A stretch of DNA of 64,000 bases, from contig SVIR01000001.1 in the NCBI GenBank assembly GCA_015069395.1, positions 27,268-91,267 of the forward strand. The letters are read 5' to 3'. The DNA comes from Clostridiales bacterium (GTDB taxonomy: Bacteria > Bacillota > Clostridia > Christensenellales > UBA1242). A program made the translations under genes and the position numbers. The notes beneath the pieces were generated by a model. That model searched no databases and was not told where the DNA came from. It saw only the letters and a list, made by a program, of their open reading frames with translations. Shown here one piece after another: positions 8,469-18,958 of the stretch; position 1 is the first letter of the stretch; every line of letters begins with the position of its first letter.

Positions 8469-10318
8469 TTTCTTTTAATTAGTATTGACAAAACTGAAAT
8501 ATCGGCAGGAGACACTCCTGAGATTCTTGATGCCTGCCCGAGATTTAACGGCTTTATCTCGTTTAATTTTTCAATAGCTTCTTGCCTTATTCCTTTTACA
8601 GACAAATAATCAAACCCTTCTGGAATCACTATTTCTTCGTTAGCCAACATTCTATCTACCTCTTCTTGCTGTTGTTTAAGATACCCTTCATATTTAATTT
8701 TGGTATTTACTACGTCCAACAAATCTTTAGGTTCATTTTTAAACATATCATATTTTTCTGAAATCTTGTAAATATCAATATTGTTTCTTCGCATCATATC
8801 TCTAAGTTTCAAGCTTTCTCTAGGTGCTGTTTCGCCATTGGTTACAAAAAAATCAACAAGTTCTGAATCCAGCTTGATTTTTTGTTCCAATTGCAACTCT
8901 ATCGCCTTAAGCCTTTCTTGCTTTTTTAAATATCTTTGATAACGAACGTCACTAACAAGACCAACTCTTCTTCCAATTTCGGTCAAACGTACGTCTGCAT
9001 TATCCTGCCTCAAAAGTAAACGATACTCTGCTCGACTAGTCATCATTCTGTAAGGCTCATTAGTTCCTTTTGTAACAATATCGTCAATCAAAACTCCAAT
9101 ATAGCCATCGCTTCTTTTCAAGACCAACTGCTCTTTATTTTGATTATAAAGACTTGCGTTAATACCTGCAACAATCCCTTGCGCAGCAGCTTCCTCATAA
9201 CCACTCGTACCATTGATTTGACCTGCAAAGAAAAGGCCTTTTATGTTTTTCAATTCTAGAGTTGGACTAAGCTGTGTTGGTTCGATACAATCATATTCAA
9301 TCGCATACGCATCTCTCATAATCTCAGCCTCTTGCAAGCCAATTACCGATCTTACCATATCATACTGAATATCAGCAGGCATTGATGTGCTAAAACCTTG
9401 CAAATACAGCTCCTGAGTATCCAAAGCTTCTGGCTCTAAAAACAATTGATGTCTTTCTTTATCTGCAAATCTTACAACTTTTGTTTCTATAGAAGGACAA
9501 TATCTTGGACCAACACCTTTTATCTCTCCAGAGATTGCAGGAGCTTTATCGAGATTGTTTTTTATAATCTCGTGCGTTTCTTTTGTTGTATAAGTCAAAT
9601 AGCATACAGACTTGTTTTTAACCTTCTCTTCTGTTAAATAAGAAAACGGTGCAATATCTTCGTCTCCTTCTTGAAGTTCCATAACAGAATAATCTACACT
9701 TCTTGCATGTAATCTCACTGGAGTTCCTGTTTTGAACCTCAACAGCTTTATGCCAAGATCTAACAAACTTTCAGAAAGTTTACTACTATTTTTAAAACCA
9801 TTTGGCCCAACAAATTCTCTACTTTCTCCTATTATGATCTCGCTCTTTAAATATACCCCTGTTGCAAACACAACACTTTTTGCTTTATATACCAAACCCA
9901 AATGCGTTGTTACTTTTTTATAATCACCCTCTAGCTCAATTGAAATTGCTTCGCCTTGTCTTACAAACAAATTCTGTTCATCTTCCAAAGACTTTTTCAT
10001 TTGTGAATGATATTCATTTTTATCAATTTGCGCCCTCAAACTTTGAACGGCTGGACCTTTGCCCTTGTTTAACATTCTTATTTGTATCGCCGTTTTGTCG
10101 GCAACAACCCCCATTTCGCCACCCAAAGCATCTACTTCAGCTACCAGCTGACCTTTTGCTGTTCCACCTATGGATGGATTGCAAGCCAAAAATCCAATCG
10201 CATCAAGACTGATAGTCAACAACAAAGTTTTGTTTCCCGTACGAGCCAAAGCTAAAGCTGCCTCACAGCCAGCGTGACCAGCTCCGATAACTATCGAATC
10301 AAAAAATTCTTCTTTCAT
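8465..10318 (-). CDS. mnmG: tRNA uridine 5-carboxymethylaminomethyl modification enzyme MnmG (GidA)
   Basis: FAD motif [12 protein letters not shown], 617 aa, typical MnmG motifs throughout ([28 protein letters not shown]). Confidence 0.95.
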   Translation of the reverse strand: MKEEFFDSIVIGAGHAGCEAALALARTGNKTLLLTISLDAIGFLACNPSIGGTAKGQLVAEVDALGGEMGVVADKTAIQIRMLNKGKGPAVQSLRAQIDKNEYHSQMKKSLEDEQNLFVRQGEAISIELEGDYKKVTTHLGLVYKAKSVVFATGVYLKSEIIIGESREFVGPNGFKNSSKLSESLLDLGIKLLRFKTGTPVRLHARSVDYSVMELQEGDEDIAPFSYLTEEKVKNKSVCYLTYTTKETHEIIKNNLDKAPAISGEIKGVGPRYCPSIETKVVRFADKERHQLFLEPEALDTQELYLQGFSTSMPADIQYDMVRSVIGLQEAEIMRDAYAIEYDCIEPTQLSPTLELKNIKGLFFAGQINGTSGYEEAAAQGIVAGINASLYNQNKEQLVLKRSDGYIGVLIDDIVTKGTNEPYRMMTSRAEYRLLLRQDNADVRLTEIGRRVGLVSDVRYQRYLKKQERLKAIELQLEQKIKLDSELVDFFVTNGETAPRESLKLRDMMRRNNIDIYKISEKYDMFKNEPKDLLDVVNTKIKYEGYLKQQQEEVDRMLANEEIVIPEGFDYLSVKGIRQEAIEKLNEIKPLNLGQASRISGVSPADISVLSILIKRK

Positions 10319-10319
10319 T

Positions 10320-11651
10320 TTATTTCCCCAAGCAAAATTTTGAAAATATCAAATCAATAATATCTTCGTTTTCTGTATTTCCCGTAATTTTTCCTAACGT
10401 TTGCCACAAAGCCTTAATTAGCATTGACAACACATCTAAAGTTTCATCTTTTTTAGAAAGAACCTCTGCAATTATATCTTGAGCTTCTTTCAAAATCGCA
10501 AGTTGTCTTTCATTTGTCAAAACAACAGAATTAAAGTCGATTTCTTCTTTTAAGACCTTTTCTACAATACAATTCTTAAGCCTTTCAATGTTCTTGCTTT
10601 CTATTGCAGAAACCTCAATTTCGTTTTCAAAGCCTTTAAGTTTTCTAAGCTTGTCAATTTTGTTTACAACTACAATATGAGCCTTTTCTTTTATCAACTT
10701 ATAAATCTGCTTGTCCTCTTCCAAAAACTCTTGACTTCCATCTAATACAAATAAGACAATGTCGCAATGATTTAGAGCATGCTTACTTTTCTCAATCCCG
10801 ATACTTTCAACAACATCTTCGGTTTGTCTTATTCCTGCAGTATCAATAAGGTTTATTTTTATACCATTATGCAAAAAACTTTCAGTTACGCTGTCTCTAG
10901 TCGTCCCTTGAATGTCTGTAACAATCGCCCTATCTTCGCCAAGAAGGGCATTCATTAAGCTGCTTTTACCAACATTAGTTTTTCCAACAATAGCGACCTT
11001 TATCCCATTTTTAAGATAACTAGCACTTTCTGAGACTTTCAAAATTTTAGCGTTTTCTTCCTGAATCTCTTTCAACCTATCAAAAACATTGAACTTTAAA
11101 TTAAGTTCTTCAACCTCGTCTGGATAATCCATTCCAACTTCAATCTCTGCAAGTAGATATTTGAGTTTTTCTTGTTCTTGCAAAACCTTCTCAGCAAGTT
11201 TCCCATTTGTAATCTGTAAACTACTTTTAAGCTCTCCTTCAGTTTCAGCATTAATTTCTCCAATAATAGCTTCGGCTTTATCTAATGTAATTTTTCCATT
11301 TAAGAAAGCTCGCTTTGAAAACTCTCCAGCTTCGGCAAGCTTTGCTCCACAAGCCAAACATTTTTCCATAACTTTTTGAGCCAACAAAACCCCACCGTGC
11401 ACCTGAAACTCAACTATGTCTTCTCCAGTAAATGAGAAAGGGGCTTTAAAATAAACCATCAAACACTCTTCAAGGCCTTGCTCTAAAGATATTCTTCCAA
11501 AATACATATAACGAGGTTTAACAATCTCCTTATTTAAGTTTTTTGAGGTAAAAAACTTAAGTGCAATATCAAGCGCTTTTTTTCCAGTCATTCTTACTAT
11601 TGAAATAGCTCCTTTTCCAAGAGGCGTTGAAATTCCTACAATTGTTTCCAT
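10320..11651 (-). CDS. mnmE: tRNA modification GTPase MnmE
   Basis: G-domain motifs [14 protein letters not shown] and DTAGIR, C-terminal ...CLGK. I place the start at [10 protein letters not shown] (the canonical MnmE N-terminus) rather than at the 30-codon upstream extension in the track. Confidence 0.9.
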   Translation of the reverse strand: METIVGISTPLGKGAISIVRMTGKKALDIALKFFTSKNLNKEIVKPRYMYFGRISLEQGLEECLMVYFKAPFSFTGEDIVEFQVHGGVLLAQKVMEKCLACGAKLAEAGEFSKRAFLNGKITLDKAEAIIGEINAETEGELKSSLQITNGKLAEKVLQEQEKLKYLLAEIEVGMDYPDEVEELNLKFNVFDRLKEIQEENAKILKVSESASYLKNGIKVAIVGKTNVGKSSLMNALLGEDRAIVTDIQGTTRDSVTESFLHNGIKINLIDTAGIRQTEDVVESIGIEKSKHALNHCDIVLFVLDGSQEFLEEDKQIYKLIKEKAHIVVVNKIDKLRKLKGFENEIEVSAIESKNIERLKNCIVEKVLKEEIDFNSVVLTNERQLAILKEAQDIIAEVLSKKDETLDVLSMLIKALWQTLGKITGNTENEDIIDLIFSKFCLGK

Positions 11652-11823
11652 ATTGATATTATAGCACCTCAATCCAAAAAAAATCAAGAGATTGCTATTG
11701 ACAGATTCTTCTATTGCCGTATAATTTTTGATAAAAATCATTACCTTAATTTAATGAACAACATTCTCTGCATAATCAAACTCTTAACAAAAAAAACCAC
11801 AGAAAATAATCCGTGGTTTATTT

Positions 11824-12615
11824 TTAGTCTTTATATTCTTTTGGAAATACTATCAAGTATCTATGTGGCTCTTCGCCCTTACTCAAAGTAGTAACCCTAT
11901 CGTCGTCTTGTAATGCAGTATGAATAATTTTTCTTTCGCTTGCATCCATAGGTTCGAGTTTGTAATATCTTCCAGATTTTGCAACTTTTCCAGCCACTCT
12001 CTTCGCGAGCTCTATCAATGCCTCCTTTCTTCTTTCACGATAACTTTCAATATCCAAAACAATCTTTTTTCTATCTTCTGATTTACATACAGAATTCATA
12101 ACATAAGAAAGGGCCAACATACATTCTCCGTGATAACCAATCAAGTCATTTAAATTTTCACCTTTAAGATTGTAAGTCACAAACTTTTCTTCTTCTGTTT
12201 TTTCTGTTTCTGCTGACAAATCAAGGGCCGTCAAAAAGCCATCAATAAATTCTTCTGCCGAAATCTTTTCTTTGGCTTGACTTTCCTCTTTTTCAACTGT
12301 TTGAACTTCAGAAACAACATCTTCAGTTTTAGGTTCTTCTGCTTTTGATTCTTCAACTTTTTCGATTTTGTTTTTTATAAAAGCCTCTGCAAAATCTTCG
12401 TCGTCAACTTCATTCAGCTTTTTCTTCAATTCGTCTCTCTTTTCATATTTCTGAAGAGCATCTTCAGATATTGAAACCAAAACCTTTGCTTTTTTAAGAA
12501 ACCCTCCTTCACTCAAAATCTTGATATCAACATCTTCTCTAGGAGCTTTAAGCTCCAACAAAGCATTTTGGATTGCTTGTTCTATATTCTTTCCAGTAGA
12601 TTCACATGAACGCAT
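11824..12615 (-). CDS. jag: Jag/KhpB RNA-binding protein (Jag_N + KH + R3H)
   Basis: The N-terminus ...ESTGKNIEQAIQNALLEL, an acidic linker and the C-terminal R3H-like ERKIIHTALQDD are all present. Conserved position upstream of mnmE. Confidence 0.85.
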   Translation of the reverse strand: MRSCESTGKNIEQAIQNALLELKAPREDVDIKILSEGGFLKKAKVLVSISEDALQKYEKRDELKKKLNEVDDEDFAEAFIKNKIEKVEESKAEEPKTEDVVSEVQTVEKEESQAKEKISAEEFIDGFLTALDLSAETEKTEEEKFVTYNLKGENLNDLIGYHGECMLALSYVMNSVCKSEDRKKIVLDIESYRERRKEALIELAKRVAGKVAKSGRYYKLEPMDASERKIIHTALQDDDRVTTLSKGEEPHRYLIVFPKEYKD

Positions 12616-12754
12616 TTTTCTTTCTCCTTTTTCTAAATTACTTTAACACATTTCAACAAAAATAACAACCTATTTTTTATAATTTTAACTTAATCTTAGA
12701 TTTTTGTTTGGGTTTAAAAGTGTGTTGTGGTAAAATCAAGACAAGGAGAGAAAA

Positions 12755-13312
12755 ATGATTATTACAATTACTGGAAAACCTTGCAGTGGAAAATCTACAA
12801 TCTCTAGATTGATTGCTGAAAAATATGGTTTTAAAAGAATCGGCGTAGGAGATATGTTTAAAGCTGAGGCTGCAAAACGAGGAATCAGCACAGAGGAGTT
12901 TAATGCTCTCTGCTTAAAAAATCCCGAATATGATTATCTGGTTGACGAACAATCAGCGAAACTTGGAAAAGAATTGGAGGGACAAAAAGTAGTTTTTGAC
13001 AGCCGTCTTGCTTGGCATTTTGTTCCAAAATCATTTAAAGTTTTTGTAGACTTGAACGACGAAGAGATGGCAAGAAGACTTGCAAACTCAGATCGTACAG
13101 GAAAAGAACAATACAAAGATTTAAACGAAGCTATGCGCACTTTAAAATCTCGTCGCGACCTTGAAAATGAAAGATACAAAAAGATTTACAATGTAGACTT
13201 AACAAACCTTTCAAACTTTGACTATGTGATTAGCAGTCTAAACAAAACCCCTGAAGAAGTTACACAAAAAATTATGGATGCATACAAAAAATTCTGTATA
13301 GCAAATGGATAA
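12755..13312 (+). CDS. Cytidylate kinase-like / AAA-type nucleotide kinase
   Basis: P-loop ITGKPCSGKST at the N-terminus, 185 aa, with adenylate/cytidylate-kinase-like spacing. Substrate not determinable. Confidence 0.55.
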   Translation: MIITITGKPCSGKSTISRLIAEKYGFKRIGVGDMFKAEAAKRGISTEEFNALCLKNPEYDYLVDEQSAKLGKELEGQKVVFDSRLAWHFVPKSFKVFVDLNDEEMARRLANSDRTGKEQYKDLNEAMRTLKSRRDLENERYKKIYNVDLTNLSNFDYVISSLNKTPEEVTQKIMDAYKKFCIANG

Positions 13313-13341
13313 AAAAGACCACGAGCGTTCGTGGCTTTTTC
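13311..13341. terminator. Bidirectional rho-independent terminator
   Basis: A-run, then CCACGA-GCGT-TCGTGG, then a T-run, between two convergent genes. Confidence 0.6.
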
Positions 13342-13343
13342 TT

Positions 13344-14597
13344 TTATTTTGACTTTACTCTTCCAAGCGTATTATTGTCTTTTGTTCTGTCCTGCAATTC
13401 TTTGACAGGGTTTTCTTTTGTTTCATAACGATAGTCTTCACCAAATCGATTGATATGATCTTCAATCACTTTGTGTCCAGCTTCGTCGTCAGGACATTTA
13501 TTAACCTTGTTTTGATATTTAAAGAAGTTTGCGTCATCGTCCAAATCATTGATGTTGATATACCACTCTCTATCACCAGTATTTTCAACCGTGCTTTTTA
13601 AAACTTTTCTCACATAGTCAATGTTTGACTTAAACGTTACAAGTTCTGGAAATTCTCCTTGAAGCAAAACTTCTTGCCAATCTTTTCCCTCATACTTTCT
13701 TAAATTCTCGTTTGAGGCATGCAGGTGGGCGATTTCTTGTTCTAGCAACATTTCCCATAGCTTCTTTATATTTTTGTCTGTTTCGTCACACATCATAGAA
13801 TAATACAAATAACATTCAATATACTCGTGCATCAAACACATTTCAAACCAACTAGGGTTAGGATCAATCAAACTGCCATATTGCGAAACGTGATCTTCTT
13901 CTACCATTCCTATTTCAGTGTACAATTCTCTACCCTTTTGATTTTTATAAAAGGCTCCAATATTCATATAATAATTCATTGTTTGTTGTTCTGCTGTAGT
14001 GATAATATTTACAACACATTGAGTAAACGGATCTGCTTTTTTGTTTGAAATAGGCTCCTTAATAGTATCATAAGGATGACGATGGTGGGAAATTGTTGGT
14101 CTTCCTGGGGTTATCTCAGTATAATTTCCAACATAATCCTCTGCTTTTGCCCCCATATCACTTTCAAGCAAATTTGCATAACGATATAAATGGTCAAAAT
14201 CTTCAAGCAGCGCAAAATCAAGTGCCGCTTTTACATTTTTATCCTTGACGCTTTGTGCAAAGAAAGCTGTTAAATCAACTGCAAGCTGTTCGTAACCAAT
14301 GGTTGTTTCAAGCAAGTTTTCTTCAACAGGTTTTAATGCAGAAATCAATTTTTGTTGTTGTTGCTCATTTCTTCTGACCATGGCCAACATTCTTCTCAAA
14401 TCATTATCGTCAGAATGTCTTTGAAAGTGGTGACTAAATCCTACTGCTTCATATTCATTTCCGTTCATTAAAATACATCTAACTCTCGTATATGGATCTA
14501 CCTCAAATTTATCATATGGTTTTGGCGCAAGGTCTTTCCAAGACATAATGCACGCCTCTAACTTCTTTGGCTTTTCTAAAAATGGGTTAAATTTCAT
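13344..14597 (-). CDS. Ferritin-like (diiron carboxylate type) domain protein, function unknown
   Basis: Several E...ExxH-type motifs spaced like four-helix-bundle diiron proteins (LEDFDHL, EEDHV, EQEIAHL). Start set at MKFNPF, preceded by GGAGGA. Confidence 0.5.
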   Translation of the reverse strand: MKFNPFLEKPKKLEACIMSWKDLAPKPYDKFEVDPYTRVRCILMNGNEYEAVGFSHHFQRHSDDNDLRRMLAMVRRNEQQQQKLISALKPVEENLLETTIGYEQLAVDLTAFFAQSVKDKNVKAALDFALLEDFDHLYRYANLLESDMGAKAEDYVGNYTEITPGRPTISHHRHPYDTIKEPISNKKADPFTQCVVNIITTAEQQTMNYYMNIGAFYKNQKGRELYTEIGMVEEDHVSQYGSLIDPNPSWFEMCLMHEYIECYLYYSMMCDETDKNIKKLWEMLLEQEIAHLHASNENLRKYEGKDWQEVLLQGEFPELVTFKSNIDYVRKVLKSTVENTGDREWYININDLDDDANFFKYQNKVNKCPDDEAGHKVIEDHINRFGEDYRYETKENPVKELQDRTKDNNTLGRVKSK

Positions 14598-14701
14598 ATA
14601 ATATCCTCCAAATCCATTATTTGCAATTAACAATATTTTATTCTTGATAAAAAAATAATGTTAGCAAAAAAATAAAAACCCACAGTCTTCATTGTGGATT
14701 T

Positions 14702-15079
14702 CTACGCTTCTTTATACAAACCAAGATTATAATATTCTGCAACAAGTCTTATCAGCTCGCCTGCCGTTGGCTTTCCATCTAAATCATACAAATCTGTTTT
14801 AAACATTTTGTTTAGCCCTGAAAAACTTTTGTTTATGTAAGTGTTTTCTATTGCATGCCTAATGCTTCTTTCCACACAACTTTCATTGTCAAGCATAAAC
14901 TTTCTGCTAACTTCACAATAAAGTCCTTTACATAAGTTGTGTATTAGTGCTGGATTGTTTATCACTAATTCTATCGCATAACATAAATAGCTAAAACCAA
15001 TCAAATCACATCTTATACCGATTTTTATTAATGCCAGTTTGATTACACCTCTCATATCAGTTAACTCCTTATCACTCAC
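14702..15079 (-). CDS. Stand-alone Spo0A C-terminal (DNA-binding effector) domain protein
   Basis: GFSYLCYAIELVINNP...LY..V..KF....SCVERSIRHAIENTY...KPTAGELIRLVAEY tracks the Spo0A effector-domain pattern (G.YL..AI......VERAIRHAIE...KPTN.EFI). There is no receiver domain. Confidence 0.75.
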   Translation of the reverse strand: MSDKELTDMRGVIKLALIKIGIRCDLIGFSYLCYAIELVINNPALIHNLCKGLYCEVSRKFMLDNESCVERSIRHAIENTYINKSFSGLNKMFKTDLYDLDGKPTAGELIRLVAEYYNLGLYKEA

Positions 15080-15481
15080 AAACCTATCCTCCTTTTAAAA
15101 CCCAACATTATTTTTTTCAATAAAAAACCTTGTACAACAAAAGTTGAACTCTTTGATATTAAGATTGATATATATACAAGCAATATTATATTTGCAAAAC
15201 AAGTCAAGTCCGTTTCGTCTTTGAAAGTCAGCCATTTCACAAACGTAATCAAATTATATCATAGTTGCCTTTTATGCTCAAAACGATATTTACAATATTA
15301 TACAAATTATTTTTTCTAATTTTAGGTTAATTTGTCGAATAGGCTATTTTTGTCGAAAAATTGAATAAACCTTCTTTTGTGGAAACGCTTTTTTACCTTT
15401 TTAAAAAATCTTTTAAAAAATAGTTGAAATTTATATTTAAATGTGTTAAACTAAATGAGTAATCAGTTTACACATATATAT

Positions 15482-15569
15482 GGAGAGTTGGCTGAGCGGT
15501 CGAAAGCGGCGGTCTTGAAAACCGTTGAGGTGAAAGCCTCCTGGGGTTCGAATCCCTAACTCTCCGCCA
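15482..15569 (+). tRNA. tRNA-Ser (anticodon UGA)
   Basis: Hand fold: acceptor GGAGAGT/ACTCTCC, anticodon arm GCGGT-CTTGAAA-ACCGT, long variable arm GAGG-TGAAAG-CCTC, T arm TGGGG-TTCGAAT-CCCTA, then G and CCA. Confidence 0.9.
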
Positions 15570-17082
15570 AGTGATAACAATCCGAACACTTATGTTCGGG
15601 TTGTTCTTTTTTTGCCAAAAATTCAGTTTCTTGCTCAAAATCTGGTTGTTCGCTTAACTTTAATTGTGTGCCTTTATCATCACTTATATTAAAGTAAATA
15701 AAGCACTCATCATCAAATAGAACAACACGATTAACAAACATATCAATTAGTCTTTGTTTTGCATTGTTAAGTGAATAATCCAAATCCTTGAAAGAACATA
15801 AATAAGCATAAACAAGATTTTCATCAAGTGGTTTAATCGTTAGCATTTCTCTGCTAATGATTTTTTCTTTTAGTTCTTTATTTGCAATTTCAAGTTCTCT
15901 CATTCTATCGTTTGTAGTGTCGTTAAATATTCCATTTTCAAGGGCACGCAAAAGGTTCGCAAGCTTTTTGTTATTCTCTTGCAATTCTTTGTTTAAGTTT
16001 TCTAATATTAAATCTTTCTCAATAAACTTGTTATAACTATTTGAAGTTTCTTTTGCTATTGCTTTTAAATTTGCACTTTGCAAAAAGTTTTGAGTTGCTT
16101 GTAAAACAATATCTTCTATGTATTGTTGTGGAATAGATTTTTTATCACATTTGGCTTTGTTTTTCTTCTTTGTAAAACATTTATAGTAGTTATAGATTGT
16201 TCCAAGCTTGCCTTTGCCACTATCTCCAGTCATTAAACCACCACATTTGCCACAAATAAGCTTTCCACTAAGAAGATAGTTAACTTCGGTCTTATGATGA
16301 GCAGAAGTCCTTTTTGACACCTTTAATCGTGCATTTACTTCATCAAACACTTCTTCACTTACGATTGCTGGATAGATATTTGTATAAACTGTGTCATCTG
16401 CATAAACAACACCTTTGTAATTTTCATTTCTTAAAACTCTTGAAACAGAGTTAATACTCCAATCTTTGCCATAACCATTTTTAATGCCTTTGTCTTTAAG
16501 CATAACAACAATATCTTTAATCTTCTTGCCAGACAAATATTCATCAAACATAAGTCTAACAATATTGGCTTGTGTTTCGTTAATACTTAATTTAAGATTT
16601 TCAACATTATACCCATAAGGAGTTCTACCACCTGTGAATTGACCTTTAATTCTACTTTCTTTAAGCCCACGCTTAACCTTTTGAGATAGTTCAGCAGAAT
16701 AATATTCATTAACACCAATAATAACATTTTCAACCAATCTGCCTTCTGGTTTATCTGAAATATTTTCAGTTGCAGAAACCACCTTAACACCATTGTTATG
16801 TAAAGCCAAAGTGTTAATAGCACTATCATATCTATTTCTTGCAAATCTGTCTAATTTGTAAACCAACACAGCTTCAAAAGTTTTTTGCTTGCTGTCATAT
16901 AGCATTTGTTGAAAAGCAGGACGATTGTCATTTGTTCCTGTCTTTGCTCTATCAATATACTCGCTAACAATCACATATCCGTTTCTTTCAGCAAACTCTC
17001 TACAAACACGAACTTGACCTTCAATACTTTGCTCAGTCTGACTAGAACTTGAATATCTTGCATATATAACAGCTTTTATCAT
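15556..17082 (-). CDS. Large serine recombinase (resolvase/invertase catalytic domain + recombinase domain + zinc ribbon)
   Basis: N-terminus AVIYARYSSSSQTEQSIEGQ...LVYKLDRFARN (catalytic Ser region), CGKCGG...YYKC zinc ribbon, a coiled-coil region, 508 aa. Confidence 0.9.
   Translation of the reverse strand: MIKAVIYARYSSSSQTEQSIEGQVRVCREFAERNGYVIVSEYIDRAKTGTNDNRPAFQQMLYDSKQKTFEAVLVYKLDRFARNRYDSAINTLALHNNGVKVVSATENISDKPEGRLVENVIIGVNEYYSAELSQKVKRGLKESRIKGQFTGGRTPYGYNVENLKLSINETQANIVRLMFDEYLSGKKIKDIVVMLKDKGIKNGYGKDWSINSVSRVLRNENYKGVVYADDTVYTNIYPAIVSEEVFDEVNARLKVSKRTSAHHKTEVNYLLSGKLICGKCGGLMTGDSGKGKLGTIYNYYKCFTKKKNKAKCDKKSIPQQYIEDIVLQATQNFLQSANLKAIAKETSNSYNKFIEKDLILENLNKELQENNKKLANLLRALENGIFNDTTNDRMRELEIANKELKEKIISREMLTIKPLDENLVYAYLCSFKDLDYSLNNAKQRLIDMFVNRVVLFDDECFIYFNISDDKGTQLKLSEQPDFEQETEFLAKKEQPEHKCSDCYHLAES
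15564..15613 (+). repeat. attL-like 50-bp direct repeat (last 6 nt of tRNA-Ser plus its terminator hairpin and T-run)
   Basis: CCGCCAAGTGATAACAATCCGAACACTTATGTTCGGGTTGTTCTTTTTTT. The internal hairpin is AACAATCCGAAC / GTTCGGGTTGTT. Confidence 0.9.
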
Positions 17083-17101
17083 AATTTACTCTCCTAATTC
17101 T

Positions 17102-17275
17102 TTACATATTTATATCTTGTAATGAAGCACAAACAGCAACTACATTTGCCAACTCTTGCCAAGTTTTAGAATCGTCAACACACTTTTTCAAATACTCTTT
17201 TGCCATTTTGCTCCAATTTTGATTATTTTCTATTTTTTGTTTATAAGCCTCTTTTATAAATTTTTCTGGTGTCAT
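17102..17275 (-). CDS. Small hypothetical protein (57 aa) immediately upstream of the recombinase
   Basis: My translation is MTPEKFIKEAYKQKIENNQNWSKMAKEYLKKCVDDSKTWQELANVVAVCASLQDINM. It lies 19 nt upstream of the recombinase start on the same strand and is below the ORF-track size cut-off. Confidence 0.35.
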   Translation of the reverse strand: MTPEKFIKEAYKQKIENNQNWSKMAKEYLKKCVDDSKTWQELANVVAVCASLQDINM

Positions 17276-17391
17276 ACAATTTCTCCTTTTGGCTATTATA
17301 CCATGCTATTTTTCATTTGTCCGCTATTTTGTTCAAAAATATTGGTATATTTTTCATATTTTTGCTATAATGCCCGTAGGGGGATTATTTT

Positions 17392-18171
17392 ATGAGTAGT
17401 AATCGTCACGGTTTTTCAAATGAAGAACATATTGCAAATTATTTAAACAATAAAAAATTTTCTAATTTAAATGAAAATATGCAAGATTTCTTATCTTTTC
17501 TTTTTAAAAGGCAAATTTCAAGTAATGAAATCATATTTTCTGACTTAACACAGAAAATTGAAGGCAAGAATCCAAAGCCAGACATCTGGATTAAAATAGG
17601 TGGTGAAATAAAGCTTATTAGTGTTAAAGAAGGTTCTGGTAATAGCGTTCACCAAGAACCTTTTAAAGATTTTTGCAAATTTCTTGAAGATATAAATGTA
17701 TCAAAAGAAACAGTTAATCATCTAAAACTATATCATTATGGTGATGATACATTAGATGGTAAAGGTGAAACCAGGTTATCAACTTCTGATATCAAAACAA
17801 AATATCAAAGAAAAATTCTTTCAGTCAACACAGAGTTAAATTCTCCAGACACCTTAATTGAAATTCTTTATAGAGTTCTTTTTGCTGGTGTTTTTAGAAA
17901 TCCAATTATTGTTGATGCCATTTATCATGGTTCAGTTGATAGTGGTGTTTATGCCAATCGTGAAGAAATTATTGATTATTTAATAGATAATGCTAATGTT
18001 TCTGAAATGTCTGGCATTAGATTTTCTGAACTTACATATCAACCATGGACAAGAGACCAATTTAGAACTGCTTCACACCCAGAAAGAAGATATGTTATGC
18101 AAGTTAAATGGGGTTCAATGACCAATTGTATCAACATTATTACTAGGAGAAGAAATAACAATGGCAACTAA
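17392..18171 (+). CDS. Putative restriction endonuclease subunit 1
   Basis: 259 aa. Contains PKPDIWIKIGGEIKLISVKEGSG, a D...(E/S)xK arrangement compatible with a PD-(D/E)XK-type site. Overlaps the next ORF by 11 nt and is convergent with two m5C MTase genes. Confidence 0.5.
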   Translation: MSSNRHGFSNEEHIANYLNNKKFSNLNENMQDFLSFLFKRQISSNEIIFSDLTQKIEGKNPKPDIWIKIGGEIKLISVKEGSGNSVHQEPFKDFCKFLEDINVSKETVNHLKLYHYGDDTLDGKGETRLSTSDIKTKYQRKILSVNTELNSPDTLIEILYRVLFAGVFRNPIIVDAIYHGSVDSGVYANREEIIDYLIDNANVSEMSGIRFSELTYQPWTRDQFRTASHPERRYVMQVKWGSMTNCINIITRRRNNNGN

Positions 18172-18958
18172 TAGAGGAACTTTTGAGGGAGATATTCAAG
18201 AAATAGAGTTTGTTAAAGCATTTAATAAAGATAGACAAAATATAAATTTCTCTATTTTTACAGATGATATTAACTATGCTTTAGACAATGTTTATATGGT
18301 TAGAGTAACAACTAATCAATTATCAAGATTAAGTGGCAAAATTACAAAAACTCGTTCAGATTGTTATGCTATTTATTCTGAAGATGAAAAAATAATAAAC
18401 ATTTTACAAGAAAACGATTATTACCTTAATGAAAAAAACATTCAAAGTCTTAACTATACAATCATTAAAAAATCTGGAATCTCTATAAAAATGTCAGATT
18501 CTGATAAATATCAAATATTAAAAACAGGTCCAAACAGTTTTAATTCTTTGTTTGGTAATTATGAGCTAGGTGCTGGTGCAAGTTTGTTTTGCATGAGAGA
18601 TACCGAACTAATAAAAAACAAAGAACTTGTTATTGGTTGGAATACAACACTTGAAAATATGAAAAATTATTTTGATTGTGTAAACGACACAAATGATTTA
18701 ATTTCAAATAAAGAAATTTGTCAACAAATAAAAACTTTCTGTAATAATAAAATTACAGAAAGAATTAATAGTTCTTCAGAATTGCAACAAAAAATATTCA
18801 ATGGTTATCCAATTTATGATGAACCTTATTCTGCGTGGTATTTATTCTCTCATGGAAAATTAGAGAAATTAACTTATATACCATTTACGGTAACAACAGG
18901 TTCTGGCAGAAGTCATGGAGATTATACAATTGTATTAAAACCAAAAAAGGAAGATTAA
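18161..18958 (+). CDS. Putative restriction endonuclease subunit 2
   Basis: 265 aa. Contains KTRSDCYAIY...SGISIKMSD (a D...SxK arrangement similar to subunit 1) and is translationally coupled to subunit 1. Confidence 0.45.
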   Translation: MATNRGTFEGDIQEIEFVKAFNKDRQNINFSIFTDDINYALDNVYMVRVTTNQLSRLSGKITKTRSDCYAIYSEDEKIINILQENDYYLNEKNIQSLNYTIIKKSGISIKMSDSDKYQILKTGPNSFNSLFGNYELGAGASLFCMRDTELIKNKELVIGWNTTLENMKNYFDCVNDTNDLISNKEICQQIKTFCNNKITERINSSSELQQKIFNGYPIYDEPYSAWYLFSHGKLEKLTYIPFTVTTGSGRSHGDYTIVLKPKKED

